DNA of 64,000 nt from Octopus vulgaris (taxonomy: Eukaryota): assembly GCA_951406725.2 (NCBI GenBank), contig OX597838.1, positions 42,842,001-42,906,000 on the forward strand, read 5' to 3'. Shown here piece by piece: positions 52,050 to 64,000 of the stretch. A program made the position numbers and the translations under genes. Positions within the stretch are counted from its first letter, which is position 1; every line of letters starts with the position of its first letter. The notes under the pieces were generated by a model that was not told where the DNA came from, did not search any database, and worked only from the letters and a program-made list of their open reading frames with translations.

Positions 52050-53102
52050 ACAAGGACATTTTTGAATTGTTCCTCTCTCGCTTCAAGGAAGCAGACATAT
52101 TGAAAATAACAACTCGTGTTGCACTCACTCCTCCTCCTCCTCCCACTTCAGCCTTCTCGATTGCTGCTGCTGCGCACTTTCACTTTCCCTCTTTCTAATC
52201 ATTTTACTCTCTCTCTCACTACGTCTCTCCCCCTTTCATTAACACACTCCTTCTCTCTTTCCCTCTTTTTCAAAAAGAAAAAAAACAAATTACTCCGCGC
52301 TATGTGAGAACATCGTTTTGTTGGGGGAGAATCAGCTTCTTCCATCTTGGTTGTCTCACTTTGCTTTTTCTTTATTCACTTACACCAAAACACACAGAAG
52401 CTTTAACACTTGTTTAAAGACTTGATTTTTTTCCAAACAACATCTTTATTCAACTTGATAGGAAAAAAAAAAGCACATTTTTTTTTTCATAATACGCGTT
52501 GAAAAAGTAGTCCTGCACAAACCTCGATGTTTTGCATCCGGGTATTTTGTCCGGTCTCCGAACCATGGAAGTGATCGGATGAAGAAGACATGCGGAGAGA
52601 AAGAGAGAGAGAGAGAGAGAATATAGTTCTTCTAAGTAGTCGTCGTTTTAAGTGTGACTTACAGCTGCGTTTCGATTTCCAGTCGATTCTTTTTTGAAAT
52701 AGCAGTCCAAACAGTCGAGATGTTTGGTCGAAATGACACCAGCGACTTGTTCGAGTCGGGATATTTTGCAACAGGCGCGGAAGAAAGTTATTCGGCCAGA
52801 GACGGCGGAGTGGTTTTCTTTCTAGTCGTCGAATGTTAAAAGAAACATTTTTGGGGGTTTAAAAAAAACAAAACATTCTTATTTGTTGTTTTCCTCAGCA
52901 GACGATCGCCAAAAAACGACAGAAAACCCACCAAAAAACACACCAAATTTTTTTTTTTTTTTTTTACAAACCATTTTATCCTAAACAAAGACTTTTTAAA
53001 GTGAACACACACAAAAAAAAAAAGTTTTTTTTTTTCCTCTCTATTTTCTTCTCTGCTGTATTATTATTATTATTATTATTGTTGTTGTTGTTACGGCGAA
53101 AG
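52050..53102 (+). promoter_or_regulatory. Probable promoter/5'-UTR of PHF21A, possibly with a UTR intron
   Basis: Transposon-free, CpG-retaining, CT/GA-rich sequence directly upstream of the ATG. Candidate donor GTGAGA at 52304 and pyrimidine-rich acceptor ttgttgttttcctcAG at 52897-52898. TSS not determined. Confidence 0.55.
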
Positions 53103-53165
53103 ATGGCCAAGGAAGATCTGGATAAGATTCAGGCGGAACTGAAGGCGGCCATACAAAACCATCAG
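53103..53165 (+). CDS. PHF21A: PHF21A/BHC80 homologue, first coding exon (MAKEDLDKIQAELKAAIQNHQ)
   Basis: ATG at 53103, 63 nt, ends CAG|GTTGTA (phase 0). Spliced to the next two exons it reads MAKEDLDKIQAELKAAIQNHQ-ILVGKMQFDPQ-NPSYKKQLHDLQIEITSLDDRQ. This aligns to the vertebrate PHF21A N-terminus as I recall it ([51 protein letters not shown]). Confidence 0.88.
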
Positions 53166-54759
53166 GTTGTATACAAACTTCATAAAGCAAACTCTCTCTC
53201 TCTCGCTTCTTCCATCCATCTCCCTTCTTTCTTCAAAATCAATTATCCATCATCTTCTCATTCACCCATCACAACTTTCTTCTTCTTTCTTCTTCTCCTT
53301 TCTTCTTCGAGGCCGATCGAACAACAAACTAATTTTAACTTATTTATTTCTCCATCTCCTCCCCTCCTCTTCTTCTTCTTCTTCTTCTTCGTTTGTTGTT
53401 TTCCTTTAATCTCTTCGATTCCTCTTTCCAAATTCTTCTCCCAAATTCTTCCACCTGGTTCCAACTTCGTCTCCGACCAATTCCATCGACCGATTTTCGT
53501 TCCTTTCTCCTTTAAATAAATCTCTTCAGATTTGCGATTTCTTTTCTTAAAAGGAAAAAAAAAAAAAAAAAGAAACCCTTTCATAATTATGTCGTTGATT
53601 TGTCTCTAATTTTAATTTATGTATATATATATATATATACATACGTATGTATATACATATACATGTATATATTCTACGTGTGTTGTGTATCGCGTTTAAC
53701 TGTATAACTATATACACACATACACATAGATGTGTGTGTGTGTATATATGTATATATATATATATAAAAGGTTAATGCGTTGTGTCGCATTAAATAAGTA
53801 TATCTCTTACTGTATATATATATATGTGTGTGTATAAATAATTTGTGTCGCATTAGTGGAATGTGTATATATGTATGTATATAATGTATATAAAGAGAAA
53901 GAGTTTGTATTTAAAAATATATAGTTCTGTATGTGCATTTATATATATGTGTGTGTGAGTGCATTTATGTATGTGTGTGTGTGTATTGATGTAGATACAT
54001 AAAGACGTGTGTGTGTGTGTGTGTGTGTAAAGTAAAGTTATGTGAGTGTGCGGCGGCGGCGGCGGCGGCGCCAGTTGTGAGAGAAGAAGAAGATGTGTTG
54101 TGTTGTAATATGTTACATCTTGCTACACACTCATACTGTGTTGTATATGTATACATACAGACCTACGTATATATATATATATATTATAATATCTTCTGTG
54201 TATATAATTTATATACACACACACACATTAGTCGTGAGTGATCGAAACTAAACTTACTTGGCTGATCTTTTATTAACTTACCTCTACCTATTATTATTAC
54301 TATTACTACTACTACTACCTTGTAATTAGTAGTAACACTTACCCCATATTCCCATCGTTGGGGGTTAAATTGGGCTTCGCTCGCTCTCCCTCCCTCTCTC
54401 TCTCTCTCTGACTCTTTCTACTTCATTACTGACAAAATAGTTTGTCTTTTATTCCGTTAGTTAGTGGCAGCTGTAGACATTTTTCAGCATTCTTTTGCCC
54501 CCCCCCCCTCCAGTCAGTTATAAATATTGATGAGTGTATTTTTTTTTAAAGCTCCGAATCTGCCTTCGTCGAATAGAGACCTATCTATCGGCAAAGGTAG
54601 TCCAGGCGTGACCATCCTGTCCTCATATTCATGTATATATTTATTTACCTATTCGAGTGGGATTAAATTTTTTTAATTTTTCTGAAGTCGGTGGAGAATG
54701 GATGAGAGACTTGGCTGATGAATTGTGTTGCATGTTGAGCAGAGGAGCTGCTCTTTCAT

Positions 54760-55295
54760 TGTTGTTTGTTTAGCCCCAGGTCAGCCCTGATGGACAAGGC
54801 CTGTCATCAAACACGTTCCAACCGTCATCATCCCGTCTTTTATTCAGGCATAATGTATCTAGAACTACCTCATCCAATACGTCCTTCCTAATTTTTAGAA
54901 GTTTGGCTGGTGTTTCTAGCAAGTCAGCCACCCACCACGCATGAGAGGCTTCGTTGGCTCGAGTTCTTTGAATTTACCATGTTGTTTTGTGTTAATAAAG
55001 TTATGTGAATACATTTATGTAGCAGCAGTTGTAGTAAAGTTATTTGTGTTTGTCACTTGAGATCTTCCTCTCTGTGTGTATAATGTAAAATCGTGTGAAA
55101 GAGTGATTTGTTGTTTAACCCCATGCCAGCTCTGAGCTGATAGACCTATGATCAAAGGCGTTCCACTCATGATCATACCGTCTGTTTTTATAGCTCTAAG
55201 ACTACACTAGCATCGTATCCGTTATCTAAGACGGTAATGTGGTGATTTGAGGGGAATTCAGCTGCTATTTCTGCCAGGTGGAGCGACCACGAACA
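54760..55295 (+). repeat. Dispersed repeat family C (two copies)
   Basis: 'ttgtttaaccccaggtcagccctgat...gacctatgatcaaaggcgttcca...gatttggctgctatttctagca'. Related copies near 13400 (-), 18385, 39190 (-), 50225 and 55935. Confidence 0.65.
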
Positions 55296-55537
55296 GCCTT
55301 TCTCCTTTGGTTTGCTCTTGTAGTAAAGTTATGCTTGTATGCGTTGTTGCAACTGTGTGGAAATTTGGTTTGGTTCCGATAAAACATGACGAAAGGTAGC
55401 TGCCACTTGAAACGGAATTACAAGTTTAGTCTGAACCCAATGTTAGGTCGACTTCAATTACAAGTCGACATAACTTAGTTTTATATAAATTTACTACATA
55501 CACCTAGGATATATTTTCTAGCATACGTATGTATGTA

Positions 55538-55618
<81 letters not shown>

Positions 55619-55652
55619 ATTATATATATATGATATAAGAGTGTATGTGTAT

Positions 55653-55684
<32 letters not shown>

Positions 55685-55709
55685 TATATATATATATTGG
55701 ATTTACTCC

Positions 55710-55756
<47 letters not shown>

Positions 55757-55817
55757 ATGGTTGATATGTACCATGCACGAAACTCAGTCCTTGAGTCACT
55801 TTTGTAACAGCCGATCA

Positions 55818-55849
<32 letters not shown>

Positions 55850-56362
55850 TTAGATAGATACATACATACTTGTGTGTAATATATACACGAGTTATATAAT
55901 GTGTGTATATACATACTTTCATTAACATTACAACAGACCTTCGATTAAAAGCGTTCCAGCAATGACCATCCGGTCGTATTTTAAAAAGGTGGTCTTTAAT
56001 TCGAGTGAGATTTGGCCGCTTTTTCTAGCAAGTCAACCGACCACACACAGGTTCCCTCACGTGTGTGTATATATATATAATTTATACACACACTATAATG
56101 TATATGCGGTTATACACACGTGTATGACTTATATATAGACATATGTGATATATACTTATTGATGTCGATAAAGTTATGTCTAAACTGTGAAATTCTCTTG
56201 TCTCCGTTCATTATCGATCACTTTAAAGATGTTTATCGATATTTTTTTTTTTTTAATTTCTTATTTTCATTGATTCTATATTAGTAGTCTATGACTTAAT
56301 TGCTGTGTTTATACTGTGACATCTTATATTTATTTTGTGTCTATTTCTCCGCCACTTGCTAG

Positions 56363-56395
56363 ATCCTGGTCGGAAAGATGCAGTTCGATCCTCAG
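56363..56395 (+). CDS. PHF21A: PHF21A homologue, 33-nt coding exon (ILVGKMQFDPQ)
   Basis: Acceptor ...ctccgccacttgctAG and donor CAG|GTAAAC, phase 0/0. Matches [11 protein letters not shown] of vertebrate PHF21A. Confidence 0.88.
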
Positions 56396-56702
56396 GTAAA
56401 CTTATTTATTCTATGTTCCCATTTATTATTATTATTATTATTTGGCTGGTTGGTGGTTCTGATATTCCTAGAAGCCATGTTGATGGTAGTTGTGGTGCGT
56501 GTAGTTTGTTCATAATGTGTACGATGTCGGCGGTACCTGTACTATGATGCAGATGATGGCCATAATCGCTATGATGATGGTGATGGTGTTTCCTTTGATA
56601 TTACTAAACCTGACTTGTGTAATAAAGATGGTTGGGGTTTTTTTTTTCCCTTCTGTTATTGATATTTCGATGTTGCGTTATCATTTGTCATCATGGTTGT
56701 TG

Positions 56703-56736
<34 letters not shown>

Positions 56737-57845
56737 GGTGGTTGTTGTTGTTGTAGTGCCCTAACGCCGCCCCCCCCCCTTACCGTTTCTTTCTCTTTCT
56801 GAATGTTTAGTGAAGCTATGTCGAAGTGTGTGAAAAATGGTAATAATATAATTATCATCGCACATAGACACACATTTAAAACCCCTGTAGTTCGGTCCTG
56901 ATGCTGGCACACACAGAAAGAAAGTGTGTGTGTGTGTGAAAGGGAAGGCTTGTAAAATGGAAGTCAGCAACACCCTCCACTATTCAAACTAAATGTGAGA
57001 TATTATCGATTTTTGTTAACGAAACTTTTAAGACAGCCATATTTACCATACCACGGCTACCACTGTGACTACTACACCAACTACTACAAATACTAACATT
57101 ATTTGGCCACTTCTAGCATTATTGTTATTATTAGTATTAATGCTGTTGGTGCTTCAATTAAAAAAATCTGTTTCTAGTTTTAGATTTGTATTACTTAAAC
57201 CTGTGTGTGTGTGTTTTATATACTTGATAATGAGCTGTATATATGTATGTGAGTGTGTGGTGACGCTTCTATCTAGCATTATTATCATTATTACTATTAC
57301 TATTATTATACTATCACTAGTAATTAGTAGTGGCGGTAGTAGAGTTGCTACTATTACTATTTGTGTGTGTGTGTGTGTGCTTTAATTAAGCCCTCCCCCT
57401 ACCTTTGTGCTATTGTCTTATAATGTGTTGTACTTATGCGATGATAGTATTGAGTTTGACGGTTTGTCTGTAGAGGCGGGGGTGCTTCGATGAAATTAAA
57501 AGTACTCGGTGAAAGATCTCGAGGAGTTGTATGAAATATGGAGGAGTACACCCTACTGCTTTCTTCCTTCTTGTAGAAAAATAAAATAACAGAATTTAAC
57601 CAATTCCGTCTCCCTATACTTAAATATGAAATAATAAAGTTCTTGCCTCCACTTGATGATGTAGTGAACATTATTTTGGGGGGTTTTGTTATTGGGTTTT
57701 TTTCTCGAAAAATTTCGTCTTGTGATTTTTATGTATCCATTTTTATTTGTGTTTTGCCAAAATGAATGGAAATGAGTTGGGCCGAGCGAAGATCGGTCGA
57801 TGGTGGATTCTCGCTGAGTGAAAAGTCATGTTTGCTCTCTTTCAG

Positions 57846-57911
57846 AATCCCAGCTACAAGAAACAGCTGCACGATCTACAAATAGAGATCACATCACTGG
57901 ATGACAGGCAG
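57846..57911 (+). CDS. PHF21A: PHF21A homologue, 66-nt coding exon (NPSYKKQLHDLQIEITSLDDRQ)
   Basis: Acceptor ...tttgctctctttcAG and perfect donor CAG|GTAAGT, phase 0/0. KKQLHDLQ matches KKQLHELQ. No further exon was recognised before 64000. Confidence 0.9.
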
Positions 57912-58953
57912 GTAAGTTACTTTGCACGGCCACCATTCCAATTAGTCTTTCTTTCTTTTATTTTTTTTAAACACCCCCCTCCTCCTCCTCCCTTTTCGTT
58001 CTATGCTCACACACACATCCACACATTCTCTCTCTCGTTCACACACACACACACTCCCCCATTTGTCAATCTCGAATTCTTCAACTATTCTATAGCTATT
58101 TCTAACTTAACCTACACGGATAAATATATGCGTATCTGGGTTACATATACATACATACATATATATACACACACAGGTAGATATAGATAGATAGATCTAT
58201 ATACTGAATATATATCAAACTTAACGAACTTATATATTATAGATATGTATGTGTTGTGTATTATATAGTGAATATATGCAAATTATTTATTTATATTTTA
58301 TATCTGTATGTGTATAGATTTATATATATGTATGTATATAGTGTGTGTGTGTGTGGGGGGGGCGTTTTATTTTTGTTTGTTTTGTTTTTGAGCGCGGGGG
58401 ACTATATATACTCGCGATCTAACAATGAATGTACTTTTCTGTATGTATGTGTGTGTGTGTATATACACATGAGTGTGTGTGTGTATCTGAAAAATTACGT
58501 AAAAACATGGAGCTGGATTTTTGTTTGTCTTCTTTGGTGTTCTCGTCTATTTCCTCCAAACCAGCCATTTGCTTAGACTGTCGATGGTATTGGTACGATA
58601 GAGTTTCAAAGAGGCGCACATAAAAGACTGTGCTCAAAGCACAGTTTAAAGACGATCTTCTCTCCAAGTGTAAGAGTATGTGTTGCGAGGTCAGGTAAGT
58701 AAGCGACCAGGCGGCGGCGGCGGCAGTGGTGGTGACATCGGCTTTTTAGGGTGGCAGGAGCGGCTGGGCTTGGCGGCGTCAAAAGTGAAAGTCACGAAAG
58801 TGTTGTCTAGTTTTCAGTGAAACACTTCCTCTCCGATGACCTACCTTCGACAGAGAGAAATACATTTCTTCATGGCTTATTGATTATTATTTTTTTTTTT
58901 ACTTCATTCAAGAACTTTGCTTTTTCCCTACACCGATGTTTGGAGTATCGCAT

Positions 58954-59014
<61 letters not shown>

Positions 59015-59840
59015 GTGTGTGTGTGTGTCAAATAAGTGTGTCTATATCATGTCTATATTATGGATATGTGTGAAATTCCTGCTGCCTCAACATCAGTTAA
59101 GGCCAGATATGGACCTGATCTCAGAAGCATCCAAGCAGGTGGTTCTGTTAGACTTTTTTTTTTTTTTGAGAGCAAGAAAAGGAACGAAGCTGAGTTTTGA
59201 GGAGTTAAGCCAAAGCAATGAGTAGCAAGCAAGATGTGATCCTATCAAAGTGGGACGCAGAGTGTTTGCAGGCCAGTCCCTTTTCAGAGCCTACAGCATC
59301 CTCAGCATCACAAGGCAGAAAGCCATCAGGATGGCTGTGGAGGTAGCAGGGTGGCCTCATAATGATTGTGAATCAGGAGATGCCAGCCGTGGCATCATCA
59401 TTTAGTGTCTGCTTTCCATGCTGGCAGGGGTTAGACAGTTTGACTGGAACTTGATAAGCCGGAGAGCTGCACCAGGTTCCACTAATCTGATTTGGCATGG
59501 TTCCTATTGCTGGATGCCCTTCCTAACGTTAACCACTCCAAGAGTGTAATGGGTGCCTTTTATGTGCCACTGGCACAACATGCCGGTTGTGTGGTACCTA
59601 CATTGACCACAACTACGATTTCACTTGGCTTGCCGAGTCTCCTCAAGCATGGCATATCTCACTTACTTATCACTTCTGTGAGGCCCACTGTTATGTGACA
59701 CCAGTTTCAGCCATGCTGGGGCTTGATCTACCCTGGTTGGGTGGCTGGGTGAAGGTATCTGCTGTTAAATGACCCAAAACAATGATTCCTGGAAACATCA
59801 ATGACGATGTGTCCAAGTGCATCACAGGATCAGGTATGAA

Positions 59841-60480
59841 CAGGCATGACTGTCTGGTAAGAAACTTGCTTCCCAACAACACGGTTCTGGGTTCAGTCTC
59901 ACTGCATGGCACCTTGGGCAAGTGTCTTTTACTTTAGCCTTGAACTAACCAAAGCCTTGCGAGTGGATTTGGTTGATGGAAACTGAAGGAAGCTTAAGGC
60001 GGTGAGCTGGGAGAAACGTTAGCATGCCAGGCGAAATACTTAGTGGTATTTCATCTGCCGCTATGTTCTGAGTTCAAATTCCGCTGAGGTCGACTTGGCC
60101 TTTCATCCTTTTGGGGTCGATTAAATAAGTACCAGTTACGCATTGGGGTTGATATAATCGACTTAATCCATTTGTCTGTACTTGTTTGTCCCCTCTGTGT
60201 GTAGCCCCTTGTGGGCAGTAAAGAAATAAATAGGGAACTGAAGGAAGCTTGTCATACACACACACACACACATATATATCTGTTTCTGTTTGCCCCCCAC
60301 CATTGCTTGACAACTGATGTTGGTGTGTTTATATCACCATAACTTAGTGGTTTGGCAAAAGAGACCGATAGAATAAGTACCAGGCTTTAAAAAAAGTACT
60401 GGAGTTGATTCATTCATCTAAAATTCTTCAAGGCGCCCCAGCATGGCCGTAGTCTAATGATGACCAAAACAAGTGAAAGA
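59841..60480 (+). mobile_element. Family A SINE interrupted by a family B SINE (59996-60235)
   Basis: 15-bp TSD AACTGAAGGAAGCTT at 59981-59995 and 60236-60250. Confidence 0.88.
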
Positions 60481-60494
60481 TAGATAGATAGATA

Positions 60495-60860
60495 TGTATG
60501 ATGCTTGTGCACAAACTGCAATACTACATGGTAGTGAGACTTTGGCTCTGAATATGAAGAGTCTTTTCGAAGTCTAGAAAGCAATGAAGTAAGCATGGTT
60601 TACCAGATGTGCAGTGTTAGTGGGCATGAGAAGAATCAGATGTTGTGTGCAGCAGAGGAAACGGTGTTGATATGGTGACATATAAGGATGAGGGTGTCTG
60701 TATACAGAGGTACTGACTGCTTATGGTGGGTAGAACTTGTGGAAGAGGGAAGCCCCGGAAAAAGATGCGACAGTGTAGTGAAGGTCAATCTCAGGCTGTT
60801 GAGTTTCACAGTGGAAGGTGATAGAGGAGACCTCAATATCACTGCAAAACTGGGGTTCTG
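60495..60860 (+). mobile_element. Decayed RTE-clade LINE fragment
   Basis: YDACAQTAILHGSETLAL...LESNEVSMVYQMC and TCGRGKPRKRCDSVVKVNLRLL. The pyrimidine-rich sequence to about 62070 may be its 3'-UTR. Confidence 0.7.
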
Positions 60861-61378
60861 GAAGCAAACTGAGCCCTTTGCCCAATCTGTCCTTGTCAAG
60901 CCTTCTCCACACCCTCACTTCCTTATCAGTTATCCCTCCATCACTCCCCCACCACTGCATCCTACTGCTGCCATTACATGAGAGCAGAGCTAAGGATGTC
61001 TTCATCCCTTTCTCTGCTACCAGTTATCTCTCCCTTTCTCTTGAACTACTTCCTTTCATTGTTAGCATCCCCCCACCATTCATATTTTCTATGCTTCCAG
61101 CCACCACTCCCTCTCACCTGAACCATTTCCTATTGTCAACCATTCTCCACACTGTCTCATCTCTACCATCAACCTATCTCCTGACCACACTCTTCAAACT
61201 TTTACTCCCTCTCTTTCATCCTTCCCCTTTTCTATCAGCCAATTCTGCTGCACTTCACTATTTTTGTCCTGCCACTCCTCACTTTCTCCCGCTGAACCAC
61301 TTCTCTTGATATCTTCATTGTAATCGTGGTTGCCTTACTTCACCATTGAAACCCCTCTTCTCTTGTTCACCATTCACT

Positions 61379-61637
61379 GTATCATCTCTTGTGAAAGGTA
61401 GAAGAGTCCAGTTTGCTGGACATTGTTGTAGAGCTGAAAACGAGGTAATTTCTACTCTTCTCTTCTGGAAGCCATCTACTCGCGATACCAGAGGGCGCGC
61501 ACTCTCCTACCCTGATGTAATCTCCAGGGATATAGGCATCCAGCAACAGGACCTCATAATGCTATGATGGACCATGAAGTCTGGCGTAGCATAGTAAATT
61601 CCATTGTCTCGACCACAGTCGAACAATGATAATGATG
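61379..61637 (+). mobile_element. 5'-truncated RTE-clade LINE with intact TSD
   Basis: VSSLVKGRRVQFAGHCCRAENEVISTLLFWKP...MDHEVWRS with a (GAT/AAT) tail. 10-bp TSD ACCATTCACT at 61369-61378 and 61638-61647. Confidence 0.85.
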
Positions 61638-62100
61638 ACCATTCACTTCATTCCCTCTCCACCCCCTCATTCTCACCAACAGCCCTCTTGCAACCTTTAG
61701 TTACCCACCTTTTGTGATCTTCAATTTCCTTTGTGCCTTGAAGGTCTCTCCTCCCAGCTCCACCACAATTTACTCTCACCCACCTTTATATAATGCAAAG
61801 TAGCCCTGTATCTCCTCCACAACAACAAACCTGTTCCTGTCCCTTCTTCCCTACTTTAACCACTCATTACTCAGCATAAAACTACACTCCTTTCTACTTT
61901 ACTCCCGCTCAGTTGAGGTGGCCATGAAAATTGCACTTAGTGCACTCTGAAAAGTGGTCGGTATTAGGAAAGAAAGCATCTGACCATTGAAACTCTGTCA
62001 AAACTGAGACACTAGAATGTGATGTGCTTTTCTGACTTATTGCACCCTATTCAATTGTTCAGCCTGTGCCTCATTCTAAGCAAATAGGAAATGAGGATAC

Positions 62101-62508
62101 GGATCTTTTCGGTTTGACCGGCAGTTTTTTGAAATAATTTCCACGTAACTAAACACTTTTAAACTTCGTATCCTGGTAGAATGTGTTTATAAAACAACTT
62201 TTTCTCTTGGCTTTATTGGGAAAATTCTATAGTTTGTAAGATATTTGCTGTTTTTCTTCAATTTCAACCAATCAATGACGTCTATTGAGTTAAAAAGCAT
62301 TCTGTGCCATATGAATATGTCCCTCGTTTAAGAAACAGATTGGGTTTATTTACATTTGTAAAGAAAAAAAAATACCCTTCCCCCCACCCCTAACCACCCC
62401 TAACCCTAAAACATTGAAATGCAATAGATCGATTCTAGGGTCATAATTATGGGTGACAATTTCATATGACTCTGCTAGAACAAACTGCCGGACAAACCGA
62501 AAAGATCC
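62101..62508. mobile_element. Second copy of the Merlin-like MITE, opposite orientation
   Basis: GGATCTTTTCGGTTTGACCGGCAGTTT ... AAACTGCCGGACAAACCGAAAAGATCC. Interior is the reverse complement of 16807-17220. Flanks GAGGATAC and AATGATAC match at 6/8. Confidence 0.85.
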
Positions 62509-62848
62509 AATGATACATGTGTGTGTGTGTGTCAAAACACAATTGTATCTCACAAGTAGCCTTTGTTTTTGCTTTCTGTCTTTGGGGTTTTTCACCCTTC
62601 CCGATCTCTGACTCAAACCTACCTGTACACAATATTTGTTCCTGTCTAATCCCTTCCCCCACAACATTTCCTCCTAATATCCCCCTCCCCCTGCCTGTGC
62701 CCACTCACTGCATTCCCTCTGACCCTCCATCTCCCACTCTCCTTTCACAATCTTCTGAACTTACCCACCCACCTTCTCCAATCCCTGGTCCACTTCACTA
62801 TGTACACCTCCCTCTAACTTAGCTGTATTCCCCATCACATCTTCACCT

Positions 62849-62883
<35 letters not shown>

Positions 62884-63750
62884 TCCCACCTGAGGCAGCC
62901 ATATTTCTTCTCTACTGCAAGATGCTCTCTTTCTGTTCCTCAATGCCCCATCCCACACTCCACTGCGTTGCCAGTTACTCAATGACCTTACTGCTGCTGC
63001 TGCTGCTGGTGCCACACAAAAAGCAACCCCCCCCTGCCCAGCATGCTCTGTAAAGTGGTTGCTGTGAGGAAGGGCATCCATCTATAGAAACCCCACCAAA
63101 GCTTTCTGCTGTCTTCTGACTTGACACTTTTTATTACATTGCTCAACCCATGACAGCATGGAAAACAGATGTGAAATGATGATGATGATATTACAGGTTA
63201 CTGTTTAAAGATCTGTTCCCTTTGAGATACACTGTTCAAAGGAGTTACACTCACTACACAAGTGCAAGTCCACACATATAAATATATATGTGTGTGTGTG
63301 TAAGTGCATGTATATATGTATGTAGCTATATACATCAACTACAACTTGTATAATGTATATCCATTTATAAGTGTGAAATACATGTCCTTGCATGTGTGTG
63401 TAGTGGGACTGAAGCCAAGACCATGTGGGTTCCAGTTCAGTCCCACTGCATGGCACCTTGTTTAAGTGTCTTCTATTACTGTGCCATGCCTGACCAAAGC
63501 CTTGTGGGTGAATTTGATTGAGGGAAACTGAAAGATGCTCTTTGCGTGTGTATGTTTGTATGTGTTTCTTCTTGTCCACAAACTACTCGGCTCTGGATTG
63601 AGAGGCAGCTGTGATTTTAGGCAAAGGGACAAGAAGAACAAATTTATAATTGTGAGAGACTAGTGGTGAAGAGCGTATGGAAGGGAGAGACAAGGGAAAG
63701 GGAAATGGTTAGTGCCAGTGGTTCATAAGAAGGGAGGGATTCAGAATTAA

Positions 63751-63903
63751 CCCTTTTGATACCAACCATTTTCTATGTAAACTTACTTTTCAAACACTAG
63801 CTTAACAGCAACAAATTTATTTTAATAAATTCTTCAGTATTTTCAAAATTAATTAATTAAAGCAAAGGCAGTGTATTTCAAAAGAAATATGGTAAGAAAA
63901 GGG
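63751..63903. mobile_element. piggyBac-like MITE (P1-related, internally deleted)
   Basis: TTAA|CCCTTTTGATACCA ... TGGTAAGAAAAGGG|TTAA. Confidence 0.7.
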
Positions 63904-64000
63904 TTAAAGGTGACGAGATTAGTTGTGTTTGGGTGTGTAGGGCCATCGCACATAATAAGGATGAATGTGGGCCGAAGGTGTGAGGAGGAACTTAGTATGA

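Noticed and set aside
53001-53519. 172-aa ORF spanning the PHF21A start
   Set aside because: Only 53103-53165 is homologous. The remainder is low-complexity UTR and intron.
56881-56900. CCCTGTAG resembling miR-10
   Set aside because: Only a short seed-like match, with no complementary arm.
58474-58623. 'EKLRKNM' resembling EQLRKNL of the next human PHF21A exon
   Set aside because: The preceding AG lies in a (GT)n tract with no pyrimidine tract, and the frame stops at 58623 with no further similarity.

Overview
Eukaryotic, AT-rich, repeat-dense genomic DNA. The SINE, RTE and microsatellite repertoire points to a coleoid cephalopod, probably Octopus (inference). Almost all ORFs in the supplied track are repeat or microsatellite artefacts. 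One protein-coding gene is recognisable: the first three coding exons of a PHF21A/BHC80 homologue on + (53103-53165, 56363-56395, 57846-57911), which continues beyond the window. Splice signals and a CpG-depleted/CpG-retaining/CpG-depleted pattern (judged by eye: about 1-38 kb, 38-59 kb, 59-64 kb) suggest a second, unidentified gene transcribed divergently on - from about 39.8 kb, with several small, probably 5'-UTR, exons. The rest is mobile DNA: tRNA-derived and Nin/Deu-domain SINEs, RTE, R4/Dong and HERO-like LINE fragments, piggyBac-, hAT-, mariner- and Merlin-like MITEs, and a 490-bp tandem duplication. I found no convincing wholly novel biological system. The best leads are the hidden minus-strand gene, the methylation footprint, and (TAA)n-targeted retroelement stacking. 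Family assignments come from remembered motifs, not database searches, and repeat boundaries are approximate unless a TSD or TIR is quoted.
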